From Candidatus Gottesmanbacteria bacterium GW2011_GWA2_43_14 (lineage in GTDB: Bacteria > Patescibacteriota > Microgenomatia > 2-02-FULL-39-11): a stretch of DNA of 64,000 nucleotides. Position 1 is the stretch's first letter. Every line of letters begins with the position of its first letter. Of this stretch, positions 1 to 9,541 are shown in pieces. The notes beneath the pieces were generated by a model, which was not told the origin of the DNA, ran no database searches, and was given only the letters and a program-made list of their open reading frames with translations. The stretch covers positions 13,429 to 77,428 of the forward strand of contig LCFP01000004.1 in the NCBI GenBank assembly GCA_000999095.1, read 5' to 3'. The position numbers and the translations under genes were made by a program.

Positions 1-142
1 CCAAACCATGTCCCAGGTATTCGTCTCCGACCCCTGCCTTACCGGAAAACTGATTTCCCTTACGCTCTTCTTACAATTTCTACTGAAATCCTTTCTTTAA
101 ATTGGGTAATATATTCATTCCTTAACAATTAAAAAATAACGC

Positions 143-1390
143 ATGTCGGAAAAAGAGTTAAAAGGGAAGATTAAAAACAAAACTGTTCTTGTAGGCATAG
201 TCGGTGTAGGTTATGTCGGAGAAGCACTCGCCTATGCCATTACCAATAAAGGTTTCCATACAGTCGGTTTCGAAATAGATCAATCGAGAATTACATTTTT
301 GAAGAATAAGCAAATCCCGCGTTTCACTATTACTTCGAATAAGAACTTGCTGAAGGACTGTCAGGTAATTCTGATCAGCATCCCTACACCATTGCTACCC
401 GATAAGTCTCCCGATCTGAGTTATTTAAAACAGGCAGTTTTGGAAGTATCCCAAAGGCTGTCGCCGGGAAAACTGGTTGTCATCGAATCTTCTGTTGCGC
501 CCGGTACAACCGCTGACATTCTTCAACCCATACTCGAATCTTCTCATTTAAAAGCTGAAAAAGATTTTTACCTGGCATATTCCCCTGAGCGGGTAGATCC
601 CGGCAACAGATCCTTTAATGTCAACAGTATTCCCAAAGTAGTCTCCGGAATAGGACCCCTTTCGTTGTCACTGGCCTCTGCCTTTTACCGCCAGATCGTC
701 GAGAAAGTTGTACCGGTATCAAATACGACGACGGCTGAAATGACTAAAGTTCTGGAAAATGTCTTCCGGCTGGTAAACATTTCTTTGGTTAATGAATTAG
801 TGGAATATGCAAAAGCACTCAAAATCAATATGTGGGAAGTCATAGATGCGGCCGCCACCAAACCCTTCGGTTTTCTCGCTCACTACCCCGGACCGGGTGC
901 CGGAGGATACTGCATACCTGTTCTTCCCATGTATCTTCTGGAGAGCGCCCGGAAAAAAAATATCCGTTTGCCTCTGGTTGAAACAGCTGAAGCTTTAAAC
1001 GATCACCAGCCGGAAAAAGTTGCCGGTATGGCACTCAATATCCTTAACGGGAAAAAAGAGGATAAAAATCATCCCCCGAAAGCACTTTTAATCGGCATCA
1101 GTTATAAAGCGGATTTAGCCGATACCAGAGAATCGGTTGCCCTGAAAATTTGGCGAAGACTGGAAGATGAAGGTGTGGAAGTTTACTACCATGACCCTTA
1201 CGTATCAAAATTAAACGGCTCAACTTCTGTAAACCTTGATCCGGGAATCATAAAAGACATGAATCTGATCATCATTACAACACCTCATAAAAATATACCT
1301 TATGAAACCCTTGTCTCCTCTGATAAACCGCTGTTTGATACTCAAAATGTCCTGAGTAATTTCCACAACGGAAATATCATCAGACTATAA
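143..1390 (+). CDS. UDP-N-acetylhexosamine 6-dehydrogenase (WbpA/WecC-like nucleotide-sugar dehydrogenase)
   Basis: GVGYVG Rossmann motif, ESSVAPGTT, SPERVDPG, KVLEN, GPGAGGYCIP (catalytic Cys), YKADLADTRES. Confidence 0.9.
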   Translation: MSEKELKGKIKNKTVLVGIVGVGYVGEALAYAITNKGFHTVGFEIDQSRITFLKNKQIPRFTITSNKNLLKDCQVILISIPTPLLPDKSPDLSYLKQAVLEVSQRLSPGKLVVIESSVAPGTTADILQPILESSHLKAEKDFYLAYSPERVDPGNRSFNVNSIPKVVSGIGPLSLSLASAFYRQIVEKVVPVSNTTTAEMTKVLENVFRLVNISLVNELVEYAKALKINMWEVIDAAATKPFGFLAHYPGPGAGGYCIPVLPMYLLESARKKNIRLPLVETAEALNDHQPEKVAGMALNILNGKKEDKNHPPKALLIGISYKADLADTRESVALKIWRRLEDEGVEVYYHDPYVSKLNGSTSVNLDPGIIKDMNLIIITTPHKNIPYETLVSSDKPLFDTQNVLSNFHNGNIIRL

Positions 1391-1402
1391 ACCATATACT
1401 GT

Positions 1403-2347
1403 ATGATAATCTTAATCACCGGCGGCGCCGGTTTCATTGGACTGAATTTGTCGGCACGCTTACTGCGGCTTGGTCATGAAGTTACGTCGCTGGATAACTA
1501 TATAACCTCTGATAAAAATAATATTTCTGCTTTGAAAAATGAACCGGGATTCAAATTCTTTGAAACTGACATCATCAATCCCTTACCCAATCATGTAGTT
1601 AAGGTAAAGTTTGACCGCATTTACCATTTAGCCTGTCCAACTGGGGTACCGAACCTGACTGTTCTTGACAGTGAAATGGCCTTGACCTGTTCTCTCGGTA
1701 CTTTAAACATCCTCGAACTTGCCAAAAAAAACGGCAGCCGGCTTCTCTTTACGAGCAGTTCCGAAATTTACGGTAATCCCCTTATTTCACCACAAACTGA
1801 AAATTATACAGGCAATGTTGATCCTGTCGGTATACGCGCGCCCTATGAAGAAGGCAAACGTTTTGCCGAAACTTTGGTTAAAATTTATTACCGCAAATAC
1901 AATTTGCAGGCAAAAATCGTCAGAATTTTCAATACTTACGGTCCTTACATGGCCGCCGGCGACACCAGAGTCATTCCTCTTTTTTTTACACGGTGTTTGA
2001 ACGGCATGAGCCTTCCGCTGCACGGTGACGGCAACCAGAAACGAACTTTTCTTTATATTGACGACCTGATTGAAGGACTTTTGACTGTCATGGAAAAAGG
2101 CGGCGCCGGAGAAGTCTATAATCTGGGCAACCATCATTCGGTCACTATTTTTCACCTGGCAGAAAAAATTCTTAAACTCACCGGAAACACCGCGGGGTTG
2201 GAAAAAACCGACAGGCCTCCGCATGACCACCAGACCAGAATGCCCGACCTAACCAGAATCAGCCGATTAGGCTGGCAGCCTTCCGTTTCACTTGACGAAG
2301 GATTACAAAAAACCTTCCTCTGGCTGCAAAAACAAGTGAAAACATGA
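1403..2347 (+). CDS. UDP-glucuronate/UDP-GlcNAcA decarboxylase-like SDR (UXS family)
   Basis: TGGAGFIG, HLACP, TSSSEIYG, YEEGKR (YxxxK), RIFNTYGP, all typical of UXS/ArnA decarboxylases. Confidence 0.85.
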   Translation: MIILITGGAGFIGLNLSARLLRLGHEVTSLDNYITSDKNNISALKNEPGFKFFETDIINPLPNHVVKVKFDRIYHLACPTGVPNLTVLDSEMALTCSLGTLNILELAKKNGSRLLFTSSSEIYGNPLISPQTENYTGNVDPVGIRAPYEEGKRFAETLVKIYYRKYNLQAKIVRIFNTYGPYMAAGDTRVIPLFFTRCLNGMSLPLHGDGNQKRTFLYIDDLIEGLLTVMEKGGAGEVYNLGNHHSVTIFHLAEKILKLTGNTAGLEKTDRPPHDHQTRMPDLTRISRLGWQPSVSLDEGLQKTFLWLQKQVKT

Positions 2348-3600
2348 AACCGATTTCACCGCTACCGTTAGGTATCAGCACCTCCTTTTGGTTTATTATC
2401 GGCTTTATCAGGGCAATCCATGAACAGCTGGTCAAATTAACTAACAGAAAAAAAACCAGGAATGTCTTTAAAAAACAGGATATCGCCGTTATTGTTCCGG
2501 CCCATAACGAAGAAAAAGTTATCGGAAAAAACCTCCGGGCTTTGAGTAGAATTCTTGATAAAAGACAGATTTTCGTTGCCTCGGACGGTTCAACGGATAA
2601 AACATATGAAATTGCCAAAAAAATGAAAGTCCACGCGGTTAATCTTTCACCAGGCCGGGGAAAAGCCAAAGCGCTTACCTACCTCATCAGTTGTTTTCGG
2701 TTGTTCAGCCGCTACCGTCTTATTTTTATAGTTGATGCCGACACGGAGATTGACCGTAATTATCTCAAAAACGCCCTGCCTTTTTTTAACGATGCTAAAA
2801 CTGCGGTCGTCTTCGGATCTGCACACGTCCATTGGCCGCGTCATATAATCCCCAAAGACAGGCTGCAATTTGTTTCATACAGGATCCGCTTAAATTTAAT
2901 GCTGGTCTATTTTATGATTTACGGCCAAACATGGAAATACTCAAATGTCAGTTATGTCGTTCCGGGTTTTGCCACTCTCTACCGGTCTGATGTTTTAAAA
3001 CAACTGGAGATTGATACTCCCGGACTCTTGATTGAAGACTTCAATCTGGCATTTCAACTGCACAAAAAAGGTTTGGGCAGAATTGCCTATCATCCTTCAA
3101 TTGTTGCCTGGGACCAGCATCCGGACAATCTTACGGATTATTGGAACCAGGTGAAACGCTGGAATATCGGATTTTTCCAAACAGTCAGACACCACGGTTT
3201 TTGGCCTTCTTTTTTTTATCTGTCCCTAATTATTTTTTCCCTGGAAGTATTTTTAAATTCGATACTGATGGTTGCTCTTCCGTTTTTGCTGATATATCTA
3301 ATTCTGCCATCGATTTGGCCCAATGACCTTCTGATCATGGATTATCAGTCACTCTACCTGGCTTTCGGACCTTTTAAAAATCTGACCCTTAATGATATTC
3401 TGGTTGCTCTATTCATCTGGGATTATCTGATGACGGTTTTTCTGGGTATCATTCATCGTAAGCCGCAATTTATTTTTTACGGAGTTTTTTTTGTATTTAT
3501 TCACTTTATTACCTCAGTAATTTTACTTATTTCGGTAATTCCCGGATTTCTGTCAGTTTCTGACGGGCGCTGGATATCACCAACCAGAAGAAAAGAATAA
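2344..3600 (+). CDS. Processive membrane GT2 glycosyltransferase (cellulose/PNAG synthase-like)
   Basis: VPAHNE, DGSTD, DADT, IED, QVKRW (QxxRW); several C-terminal TM helices; ATGA overlap with the upstream gene. Confidence 0.88.
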   Translation: MKPISPLPLGISTSFWFIIGFIRAIHEQLVKLTNRKKTRNVFKKQDIAVIVPAHNEEKVIGKNLRALSRILDKRQIFVASDGSTDKTYEIAKKMKVHAVNLSPGRGKAKALTYLISCFRLFSRYRLIFIVDADTEIDRNYLKNALPFFNDAKTAVVFGSAHVHWPRHIIPKDRLQFVSYRIRLNLMLVYFMIYGQTWKYSNVSYVVPGFATLYRSDVLKQLEIDTPGLLIEDFNLAFQLHKKGLGRIAYHPSIVAWDQHPDNLTDYWNQVKRWNIGFFQTVRHHGFWPSFFYLSLIIFSLEVFLNSILMVALPFLLIYLILPSIWPNDLLIMDYQSLYLAFGPFKNLTLNDILVALFIWDYLMTVFLGIIHRKPQFIFYGVFFVFIHFITSVILLISVIPGFLSVSDGRWISPTRRKE

Positions 3601-3608
3601 AAATTGAT

Positions 3609-4718
3609 TTATTCCAAGCGGTAATTTTTCGACTTAATATCATTCCAGATTGCCGGATCCTCACCTCCCAAATGCCAAAAGTTAACACCTTTAAATCCGA
3701 ATTTACGGGCTAAAGTCATTTTAGACCGAATACTACGGGCATTTTCATACCAGACCACATGCTCTTCTTCTTCATCATCCGTATATTCAAAATAGGGAGA
3801 GGCAACCAAATTATCCCAATCTTCCTGAATACTTTTACTGCTCAATAATTCATAAATATCCCTATATGATAATCCTTCTGCACTCTGATCATCGTCGCGA
3901 TTCCAATCCAGTCCATACATAGGCAATCCTAAATAAAATTTATTAAGCGGCAAATTCAAGGAATCAGCATACATCAGAATTTCTTCCAGCCAGCCGATCG
4001 AAGCGATAGGACCTGCACGGCTTTGCTGCCAATGTTCTCCGTATCCCATGATGTACAGTTCATCCGCAGCTTTGGCTAAAGCCGTCCAGTCTTGGGAACG
4101 GGAACCGTTATTTTCACTTATTTTATTCTCGCCGCTTTTAGGATGAAGCGCGACTCCCAAAAACAGCTTTTCCCGGTATAGAGATTGCGCCAGCTCACTG
4201 ATAAAATCCGTGTACTCCTCCCTGAAATTCTCATCAACCTCTTCATAATCAATGGTGATTCCGTCAAACGGCAGACTTTTACCGATTTTGATTATCTCAC
4301 CAATATGTTTATCCCTGTCTTCTTTTGTTGAAATATTCCTTTCCACCAGATCAGAATCCCAACTCGTATTCTCATCTTCGGGAAGATTGGTAATAACTGC
4401 AGAAACTTTAATCCCTTTTTCATGGGCAAATTCAATAATCTTCTTATCTTCCGTGGCGTCGGCGTATTTTGCCAACTTTCCGTCATTATCAATGAAATAC
4501 CAAAATAGGCTGAGGGATGAGATTTGCTTATAATTTTCATTCAATGACTTTACCGCATCAGTCTGGACCCAATAAGGAATGGAAGCACGTATCGACAAGT
4601 CATCCGTTTTAATTTCAGGTTTTTGATCCTTAATGTTTTTATTGAGGTTAAAAAAATACCCTGCTGCTAATGCGACAGGCAGAAAAAACAGCGTCATCAG
4701 AATTTTAAATCTGAACAT
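3609..4718 (-). CDS. Secreted/anchored GH18 glycoside hydrolase (YaaH/SleL-like)
   Basis: N-terminal hydrophobic segment; FDGITIDYE, IMGYGEH, LGLPMYG, VWYENARS, WHLGGED. Confidence 0.85.
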   Translation of the reverse strand: MFRFKILMTLFFLPVALAAGYFFNLNKNIKDQKPEIKTDDLSIRASIPYWVQTDAVKSLNENYKQISSLSLFWYFIDNDGKLAKYADATEDKKIIEFAHEKGIKVSAVITNLPEDENTSWDSDLVERNISTKEDRDKHIGEIIKIGKSLPFDGITIDYEEVDENFREEYTDFISELAQSLYREKLFLGVALHPKSGENKISENNGSRSQDWTALAKAADELYIMGYGEHWQQSRAGPIASIGWLEEILMYADSLNLPLNKFYLGLPMYGLDWNRDDDQSAEGLSYRDIYELLSSKSIQEDWDNLVASPYFEYTDDEEEEHVVWYENARSIRSKMTLARKFGFKGVNFWHLGGEDPAIWNDIKSKNYRLE

Positions 4719-5530
4719 TAATGGGAATTTTTAAGGATTTTAACTGCATCTTCCGGTGATACATTCATGACAAGATCGATAATCGATAAGTTGGGAATAA
4801 ACTGCAGTTTGGGAAACAACTGGGGATATTCCCGGCAAACCCAATTCTGGACTTTGACTTTAATACCGTTTTCCTGGAAAATTTTCCTGTCCATATAGGC
4901 ATCATAGGCAGTTCCGCCGCAATAATCCTCATCGGCTCCCAGGAAGCGACAGAGTCTGACTATTTTTTCATTAGGGGAAAGTTTTTCCATTTTTTCTATT
5001 TCCTTTAATTCCGAACTTCTCTTAACGGACTTGAGCCGGAAAATTTTTTGTTTATTCAGCAGTTTATCCAATTTGTTGAAATCTTTATCCTGCCAGTAGT
5101 TTAAATTTTCACCGCTGATAAGGTAAGTCAGAGCCCAAACAATGGTGGCAATGTTCAAACTTGCCAGGTTGGGAAAACTGGTAGCCAGAATTGCCTGCAG
5201 AGAAGGAAATACGAGACTGAAATTTGGCGCTTTACCGTAGGAAATCTCCAATGTTTTCAGGTGTTTTCTGACCCAATCTAGTCCCCCGGTCAGTTCAGTT
5301 TCAGCAATCGGCCGGAAACGTTCTTTTACCGGAACAGACATCAGGAATCTGCCGAAAGTCTGTTTTATCGGAGTGTGGGATTGGTAAGACTTGTCATTGC
5401 GGCCGTCCGGGTATTTATGCTTCTTGACATACTGCACTTCATCGCGGATCAGGTATATATCCGTTTCCAGAATCCTGGCAAAATAATGTAACCTGGGAAA
5501 ATATTGGGGCTGGATTCCGCTATATCTCAT
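4718..5530 (-). CDS. WbqC family protein
   Basis: IQPQYFP..YF..I...D....DEVQY; YGKAPNF; YPQL...FIPNLSIIDLVMN. Confidence 0.85.
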   Translation of the reverse strand: MRYSGIQPQYFPRLHYFARILETDIYLIRDEVQYVKKHKYPDGRNDKSYQSHTPIKQTFGRFLMSVPVKERFRPIAETELTGGLDWVRKHLKTLEISYGKAPNFSLVFPSLQAILATSFPNLASLNIATIVWALTYLISGENLNYWQDKDFNKLDKLLNKQKIFRLKSVKRSSELKEIEKMEKLSPNEKIVRLCRFLGADEDYCGGTAYDAYMDRKIFQENGIKVKVQNWVCREYPQLFPKLQFIPNLSIIDLVMNVSPEDAVKILKNSH

Positions 5531-6237
5531 AGGGAAATACGGTATATAACATAACTTTCTGCAAACTCAGTTCCGGACTGGCTGCCTCTGAGTATTGCCA
5601 GGGACCTGATAACCTCGGTTGACCGGGTATGGGGATACTCTCTTGCCTGAGATTCATAAAGTTCCATGGCCTCGATTTTCTTGCCGATATCCCTATCGTC
5701 TAAACCGACATAAAAGTTCGGCTGGGAAGGGTTTGAAATACCCCAACCGTTGGCGGCAAATTCATATCCTAAAACAACCGGCGTGTACGGTTTCATCTTC
5801 CGCGGAGAAGGCCGGACAGCGGCCATGACGGCCAATTGGCAAGCCCGGTGATCCTGGTTGTAATCGGTCAGTTGGCTGGTGGCGATGATGGTCGGACGTA
5901 TTTTATTAATGGATACGGCCGTTCCTGCTTCCAATGAATTAATAATGTTATGTAAAGGTAGCTTATCAAGCTGCAAATGGAACTCATTTCCCTTAAAACT
6001 TATGTCGTACCCGTCGAGTTCAAAAAAAGCCGCTGCCCTTTCGATTTCTTTTATTCTGTCAGCGGCAGTTGATTTGCCGGCTTTAGAATAATCGGCAGTC
6101 GTACCCACCGTCAGGTATAAAACGTAGACTTTGCCTCCGCTTTTTTTAATCCTGGACATTAAACCGGCACAACCCAGGACTTCATCATCGGGATGCGGGG
6201 CGATTACCAACAGTGACTCTTCGGATAGCTTGAACAT
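5527..6237 (-). CDS. PIG-L/LmbE family N-acetylglucosaminyl deacetylase
   Basis: APHPDDEVLGCAG, QDH, KKIEAMELYESQ, AESY. Confidence 0.88.
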   Translation of the reverse strand: MFKLSEESLLVIAPHPDDEVLGCAGLMSRIKKSGGKVYVLYLTVGTTADYSKAGKSTAADRIKEIERAAAFFELDGYDISFKGNEFHLQLDKLPLHNIINSLEAGTAVSINKIRPTIIATSQLTDYNQDHRACQLAVMAAVRPSPRKMKPYTPVVLGYEFAANGWGISNPSQPNFYVGLDDRDIGKKIEAMELYESQAREYPHTRSTEVIRSLAILRGSQSGTEFAESYVIYRISL

Positions 6238-6363
6238 TATTGTTCTTCAACAACTGTGAAAGTAACACAATAATGTAAGATGAGCATGAAAAATGTAAAG
6301 CAAAAGAAGATCCGGCAAGAATTCTTACCGAATTATTACCGCTTTCTTACTTTATGACCAGCC

Positions 6364-6843
6364 TCACAAAGCGACTGTTACCTGTCCGGTATCTGCAGGG
6401 GATAGGTGGTTATGATAACCCCAAACTCCTTCAGCGTCGAAGGTAAATTTAAACGTGCCTCCCTGACCTACTTTGCTTTTTTGATCAAATTCCGGATAAA
6501 GACGGTGGGTCGGATGGTCGTCGGAAGCAATCCACATATCTTTGCCCGAGTTGTTGGTCCAGCTGACTGTCTCGCCTTTCTTTACGGAAATTTGTTCAGG
6601 AGTAAAACCCCCGGCAGTATATTCGACGGTTTTTTCTTCACCCGCGACCATGCCTTCTCCCGCTACGGCATCAATAATCTCCTGGGGAATGTCAGCTGCT
6701 GTTCCTTTTGTACCCAGGTTTTCGGTAGCAATTTCTGAATCCGTTGCAGTCTTGACCGCCGATCTGTTCCTGCCGGCGGAAATGACTGCCATGATTAAAA
6801 CGGCTATAAGCAAAAGAGCTGCCAGTATATATTTTTTATTAAT
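6364..6843 (-). CDS. Membrane-anchored cupredoxin-domain protein (start probably ATT at 6843; ORF track gives 6813)
   Basis: FTPEQISVKKGETVSWTN, HPTH, FTFD..GVWGYHNH..TGQVTV; AAGGAGGTGA lies 6 nt upstream of an in-frame ATT. Confidence 0.75.
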   Translation of the reverse strand: MNKKYILAALLLIAVLIMAVISAGRNRSAVKTATDSEIATENLGTKGTAADIPQEIIDAVAGEGMVAGEEKTVEYTAGGFTPEQISVKKGETVSWTNNSGKDMWIASDDHPTHRLYPEFDQKSKVGQGGTFKFTFDAEGVWGYHNHLSPADTGQVTVAL

Positions 6844-6883
6844 AGGAAATCACCTCCTTTAATTCTATTCTATGACAATTCCG

Positions 6884-7579
6884 TTATTTTCCGAAACGCC
6901 TTTTTCGGTTATGGTATTCTTTGACTGCTTTCCGGAATTGATCAGGTGTAAAATCCGGCCAATAAACTTTGGTGAAATAAAGTTCGCTGTATTCCGACTG
7001 CCACAGTAAAAAACCGGAGAGCCGCAATTCACCTCCGGTCCTGATGATCAAATCAGGATCAGGCTGCCCGGCAGTATCCAAATTTAAACCTAAGGTCTCA
7101 GGAGTCAGATCCTTTTTTTTACTTTTACCTGACGGGTCTGTTTTAAGCCATTTATTAACTGCCCTGATAATTTCATCTTTGCCGCCGTAGCTTAAGGCCA
7201 AATTTACCGTTATTGCGAGGTTATCTTTTGTTTTTTCCATCCATTTTCTGGTTTTGGCTTTCAAATCGTCTGAAAACCGCTCCAGATCGCCGATACAATT
7301 GATTTTGATTTTTTTGCGGTGGAAACTGTCCACTTTCCGGTCCAACACATGCCGGTAAAGGTTCATTAAAAAATCTATTTCTTTTTTCGGACGATGCCAA
7401 TTTTCCGTGGAAAAAGCCCAAAAGGTCAGATATTTGATCCCCAATTTGATGGCCTCATCAACAATCGGTTCAATTTTCTCTTCCCCCCTCTTATGACCTT
7501 CAAAAATTGGCCTGTTATGTTCTTTCGCCCATCGGCGGTTGCCGTCCATAATTATGGCTACATGCTGCAAATTGACCAT
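6884..7579 (-). CDS. uppS: Undecaprenyl diphosphate synthase (cis-prenyltransferase)
   Basis: HVAIIMDGNRRWA, AFSTENW, LSYGG, DPDLIIRTGGELRLSGFLLWQ. Confidence 0.96.
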   Translation of the reverse strand: MVNLQHVAIIMDGNRRWAKEHNRPIFEGHKRGEEKIEPIVDEAIKLGIKYLTFWAFSTENWHRPKKEIDFLMNLYRHVLDRKVDSFHRKKIKINCIGDLERFSDDLKAKTRKWMEKTKDNLAITVNLALSYGGKDEIIRAVNKWLKTDPSGKSKKKDLTPETLGLNLDTAGQPDPDLIIRTGGELRLSGFLLWQSEYSELYFTKVYWPDFTPDQFRKAVKEYHNRKRRFGK

Positions 7580-7583
7580 AAAA

Positions 7584-8561
7584 TTAGAATAAGTGGCGGT
7601 CGGTTAATCTGGTTGCTGGTCCGGGACGGTTAATAATAATATCTTTTATACCTTCTTTTCTTAACAATTGATAGACTTTTGATTGATCAACCTCTCTGCT
7701 TAGCAGATGGAGATTATGCCCGGTATTCAAGCTGAAATAAACTTCCAGACCGGATTTCCGCCAGCTTCTGACTTTGGTCATCAGTTGTATTGTTTCAGGA
7801 TAAAGAAATATATATGATGGTTTACCCGTCATCATGATAGCATGCAGTTCAAATGCTTCAGCTTCCACTAAATTACCGAATTGTTCAAAATCCCTATTTC
7901 TTATGGACTCCTTTATCATTTTTAATTTTTCCGGCAAGAGAATCAGTCTTTCCCGGAAAAAGGGGCTTGTGTCGGCAGATGTCATTGCCAGCGAAGTCGC
8001 TACGGTTTTTTTCCGATTGCTTACAACCGCCACCAAATCAACAATATCCCAATAGTCGGCAGGAAAAACCGATTCGGCAAATGAAGTATGGTGATTCTTG
8101 CCTTTATGCCACTGGACAAACCCTGCGGGGATCGATCGGCAGGATGAACCCGAGGCTAACCTTGAAATAGAAGTCATAACTTTTTCTTCCAATTGAAGCT
8201 CCATTGAGGTAATTCCGGCCAAGGTAAAGGCTGCGAATCCTGAAGCTGAAGACGATAAGCCGGTTCCGACGGGGAAATTATTCTTTGAGACAATTCTGGC
8301 ACGGGTTTTAACTCCTTTTAATGACCTTATGCGTTCCAAATGTTGAATGATGCGCATTTTGGGTCTGCCGGAAGCTTTTTGACCGTCTATTTCCACCTGA
8401 TCAACCGTATAGACTGAAGAAAAATCTACAGTTGTCGTTGTTCTCAAATTATCCAAATTAACGGACAAACTGTCATTTACCGGCAGCCGTAAATTCTCAT
8501 CTTGCAAACCCCAGTATTTGATTAAGGCTAAATTGGAACAGGCCACGGCTGTTTTTTTCAT
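7584..8561 (-). CDS. mvaD: Diphosphomevalonate decarboxylase
   Basis: NLALIKYWG, LPVNDSLS, NNFPVGTGLSSSASGFAA, RLASGSSCRS. Confidence 0.93.
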   Translation of the reverse strand: MKKTAVACSNLALIKYWGLQDENLRLPVNDSLSVNLDNLRTTTTVDFSSVYTVDQVEIDGQKASGRPKMRIIQHLERIRSLKGVKTRARIVSKNNFPVGTGLSSSASGFAAFTLAGITSMELQLEEKVMTSISRLASGSSCRSIPAGFVQWHKGKNHHTSFAESVFPADYWDIVDLVAVVSNRKKTVATSLAMTSADTSPFFRERLILLPEKLKMIKESIRNRDFEQFGNLVEAEAFELHAIMMTGKPSYIFLYPETIQLMTKVRSWRKSGLEVYFSLNTGHNLHLLSREVDQSKVYQLLRKEGIKDIIINRPGPATRLTDRHLF

Positions 8562-9535
8562 AAAATCGTTTCTTTCACTCCCTCTAATGTGATTTTGGCC
8601 GGGATAATTTCCCCCCCTGCTGAAAACAAGGCTTTTTTTACAGCTTCCCGATTCTGTTTATCCACCAAGGCAATCAGACAATCCCCTCCCCCGGCGCCGG
8701 AAATTTTAGCCCCGTATGCCCCTGCTTTTCTGGCAGAACCTATTAATTTATTTAATTTGGGTGTTGAGACTCCCAAATCTTCAAGAAAATCCTGATTTAA
8801 ATTCATAAGCTTTCCCGCTTCCGGAAGATCATTCATCATAAGTGATTGCCTGGCATTGATAACCAGCTGGCTTATTTTCTGAAAAATTTTTATCACAGCT
8901 TTTCTATCCTTCTTCATTTTTAGAGACACTTGCCGGATCATGGCTGTGGTATCTGCCTTTCTGCCGGAATAACAAATTACCAGTTCCGGCCGTGCTGTTA
9001 ATTTTTCCGTTAATGATCCTTTTTTATAGTAAATTATACCCCCATTTATAACTGCAGCCAGATCAAAACCGGAAGCTAACCCGTCCACGGATTTTATTGA
9101 CTCAAAAGACATGTCAAACAGCTCCCCTTTGGTTAAATGCAGCTGATACAAGCGCGCTAAAGCTGAAATTGAGGCTGCCGTGGCGGCAGCTGATGATCCG
9201 AGTCCGTAATTAGCGGAAAAAGTAGACTTAATGTCCAAATTGAAACCGGATTTGACTGGAAGTAAGGGGGTTATGGTTTTTATAGCCGATGCCAAATACG
9301 CTGACTGCTTAATCAACATACTGCTGTTAATTTCACTGATGCCGTCTATAATAATTTCCTTAAATAAATCACTCCGGATGACGATTTTAATGTCTTTCCT
9401 CAATTTTACAGTTACCACGAATTTAGTATCGATGGCAGCTGCCAAACAGGGGTAACCGTAAACGGCAGCATGCTCACCTAAGAGCATTAATTTACCGGGT
9501 GAGATGACCGAAATTTTTCTTGGTTTATCAAGCAC
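8558..9535 (-). CDS. GHMP kinase, probable phosphomevalonate kinase
   Basis: PGKLMLLGEH, GLGSSAA, SGFDLAA, KISGAGGGDC; lies between mevalonate kinase and mvaD. Confidence 0.75.
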   Translation of the reverse strand: MLDKPRKISVISPGKLMLLGEHAAVYGYPCLAAAIDTKFVVTVKLRKDIKIVIRSDLFKEIIIDGISEINSSMLIKQSAYLASAIKTITPLLPVKSGFNLDIKSTFSANYGLGSSAAATAASISALARLYQLHLTKGELFDMSFESIKSVDGLASGFDLAAVINGGIIYYKKGSLTEKLTARPELVICYSGRKADTTAMIRQVSLKMKKDRKAVIKIFQKISQLVINARQSLMMNDLPEAGKLMNLNQDFLEDLGVSTPKLNKLIGSARKAGAYGAKISGAGGGDCLIALVDKQNREAVKKALFSAGGEIIPAKITLEGVKETIL

Positions 9536-9541
9536 CTTACT

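Noticed and set aside
1-132. Open frame ending at TAA 132 (possible 3' end of an upstream gene)
   Set aside because: Only 43 codons visible, with no recognisable motif
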